Of a stretch of 64,000 nucleotides of DNA, positions 62,427-64,000 are shown piece after piece. The notes beneath the pieces were generated by a model that saw nothing but the letters and a program-made list of their open reading frames with translations, made no database searches and was not told the DNA's origin. The stretch's first letter is position 1; the number at the start of each line of letters is the position of its first letter. The position numbers and the translations under genes were made by a program. The stretch is from a phage: sequence record PQ478073.1; one strand, written 5' to 3'.

Positions 62427-62758
62427 GTGAAGATAGTAAAGAGTATATTTTACGTTGTTCTTGTGGCGATAAAATGGAGCATTGCGTTCACATTGCACAA
62501 TTTGACTTGACAGAGGAATATGGAGATGATAAACTTGGTCAATGTCTGATAAGTATGCGTTTAAATCCTTTTTTAAAATGGTATAACCGTGTATGGGTTG
62601 CAGTAAAGTATGTTTTTGGTGCAAACGACTATCAATATGTAGAAGCAACAATTGATGTTGACATTCTAAAAGAAGTTGTGTTACAATTAGAAGATACTAG
62701 AACTGATGAGGTTAAAAAAGAACAAAGAGAAAAACGTACTGATGTGAAGGTTTTATGA
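62423..62758 (+). CDS. hypothetical Cys/His-containing protein (111 aa)
   Basis: ATGA overlap. Confidence 0.5.
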   Translation: MSEDSKEYILRCSCGDKMEHCVHIAQFDLTEEYGDDKLGQCLISMRLNPFLKWYNRVWVAVKYVFGANDYQYVEATIDVDILKEVVLQLEDTRTDEVKKEQREKRTDVKVL

Positions 62759-62949
62759 GTACTGAACTTTATGAAAAAAAGTACTGTACAAATTGCTCAA
62801 CTGAGTATACAATACAAGGTATGTTGATTTGTACAATATGTCAGTCAAAGAAATCAGCAACTTTCATCGTTGATGATAGATTTGGTGATTTGAAACAGTT
62901 TAAAGCAAACCGCAATCTTCGTATTTTTAGCAATCTAAATAAGGAATAA
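62755..62949 (+). CDS. zinc-ribbon protein (64 aa)
   Basis: CTNC ... CTIC; ATGA overlap. Confidence 0.45.
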   Translation: MSTELYEKKYCTNCSTEYTIQGMLICTICQSKKSATFIVDDRFGDLKQFKANRNLRIFSNLNKE

Positions 62950-62952
62950 TAT

Positions 62953-63381
62953 ATGAATATCGAACAAACTATCCGTGAACATTCTTTCTTCGCTCCAGAA
63001 ACTGGTCGTGTTATTGAGAGCGTCAAAATTGAAGAACTAATGGTCAATGTTAAATACAAAGAACCAAATGATGAGATTAGCAGTACTTTTTGTGCTCTAC
63101 GTGCACCATTCCGTAATGAAAAAGCTAAGAAACCAGCATATGTTCTTGCCATTGCACTGGGTTGTGTTGTAAAACTTGCAGTTGATGAAAATCTTCTGAA
63201 TATTAAAGTTGCACCAAGCAATGACGATGAAAACATTGATTTGAACTTTGATGGTTCTCTTGATGAAGATGTATTTTTCCAACAGTCACTTGTTTACGAC
63301 TTCCGTACAGTGACACATTCTCACATCAAGTTCATTAATGAAATGGTTGGGATTGTTGCTGAATACGAAGAATCTCTCTAA
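62953..63381 (+). CDS. hypothetical protein (142 aa)
   Basis: AAGGA RBS. Confidence 0.5.
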   Translation: MNIEQTIREHSFFAPETGRVIESVKIEELMVNVKYKEPNDEISSTFCALRAPFRNEKAKKPAYVLAIALGCVVKLAVDENLLNIKVAPSNDDENIDLNFDGSLDEDVFFQQSLVYDFRTVTHSHIKFINEMVGIVAEYEESL

Positions 63382-63390
63382 GTAAATACA

Positions 63391-63416
63391 AAAGCCTCCA
63401 TAATGGAGGCTTTTAT
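63391..63416 (+). terminator. rho-independent terminator
   Basis: AAAGCCTCCA-taa-TGGAGGCTTT then TTATC. Confidence 0.7.
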
Positions 63417-63434
63417 CACATAAGGAAATGAAAT

Positions 63435-63986
63435 ATGATAGACCAAATTAAAATCCTTACAAAGCAAATCACTGATTTTCTTTCTGATAAAGATGGATTT
63501 AATACAGAAGTAAAAATGCACGGTGTTAGTGTTGATGTAATTGCACCAAATGGTAATGTAACAAGTTACGACATGTATGAATTACTTCTTTATACTCTAG
63601 CAGTACGTAAACTAGGTAGTGATATTGAACTCAATATCAATACTGATGAAAGTGGGAATAAAATTTTTGCAATCAACACCAGTGCTAAATTCGATATCAG
63701 TACTGAAATTAAAAAAATAAATGAAAGTTTTATTGGCTTTAAGCATGAATCAATTCAAAGTGTTTTTATTGGAAAGCAAACTTCTAATAGTGAATGCCCA
63801 TATTGTGTAATGACTTTATATAAAGATGGAAACTGGATGCGTCAAGATTTAGTATTTGCTGAACTTCTGTATGCATTTACACATGAACTTAAAATCGAAT
63901 TGGACGATAGTGTTTATTGCTTTAAGAAAATTCGAAATATAACTAAAGATATACAAACCCAACTTAAAGAATTAAATGATAAATAA
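63435..63986 (+). CDS. hypothetical protein (183 aa)
   Basis: AAGGA RBS; ends 14 nt before window end. Confidence 0.5.
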   Translation: MIDQIKILTKQITDFLSDKDGFNTEVKMHGVSVDVIAPNGNVTSYDMYELLLYTLAVRKLGSDIELNINTDESGNKIFAINTSAKFDISTEIKKINESFIGFKHESIQSVFIGKQTSNSECPYCVMTLYKDGNWMRQDLVFAELLYAFTHELKIELDDSVYCFKKIRNITKDIQTQLKELNDK

Positions 63987-64000
63987 ATATACCAGAAATG

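Overview
This 64 kb window is an AT-rich segment of a large virulent T4-superfamily-like myovirus genome. It is almost entirely + strand, tightly packed (many ATGA/TAATG start-stop overlaps), and begins inside the family-B DNA polymerase gene. All calls come from reading the translated ORFs against remembered protein motifs; no searches were run. Recognisable replication, recombination and nucleotide-metabolism genes are: sliding clamp, T4-type RNase H, large terminase, gp32-like SSB, UvsX, UvsY, UvsW, primase, replicative helicase, NrdA/NrdB, DHFR, RNase HI, Dda-like helicase, split topoisomerase II, clamp-loader gp44 and two DEDD exonucleases. Gene order does not follow T4 synteny (terminase sits between polymerase and gp32). 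Unusual cargo includes an IF3 homolog, a ClpS-like adaptor, a KTSC protein, two GroES-like proteins and a LemA-like protein. Two minus-strand islands look like late genes: a tandem pair of paralogous putative virion proteins (3371-4674) and a tandem pair of T-holin-like genes, one frameshifted (33689-35043). The most striking candidates for something undescribed are (1) a miniaturised, PHP-less DnaE-like protein encoded as two ORFs about 30 kb apart and in reversed order (49100-49618 N-part, 18123-18761 C-part), and (2) a catalytically degenerate terminase-ATPase paralog immediately upstream of the real large terminase. Sigma70-like promoters (a recurring TGTGCTATAAT extended -10, several TTGACA-N17-TATAAT), T4-late-like TATAAATA boxes and many hairpin terminators are visible. 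No tRNA, rRNA, CRISPR or transposable element was found. The ORF track uses TTG/GTG starts in places; starts were moved to the first ATG with a Shine-Dalgarno where the sequence supports it.
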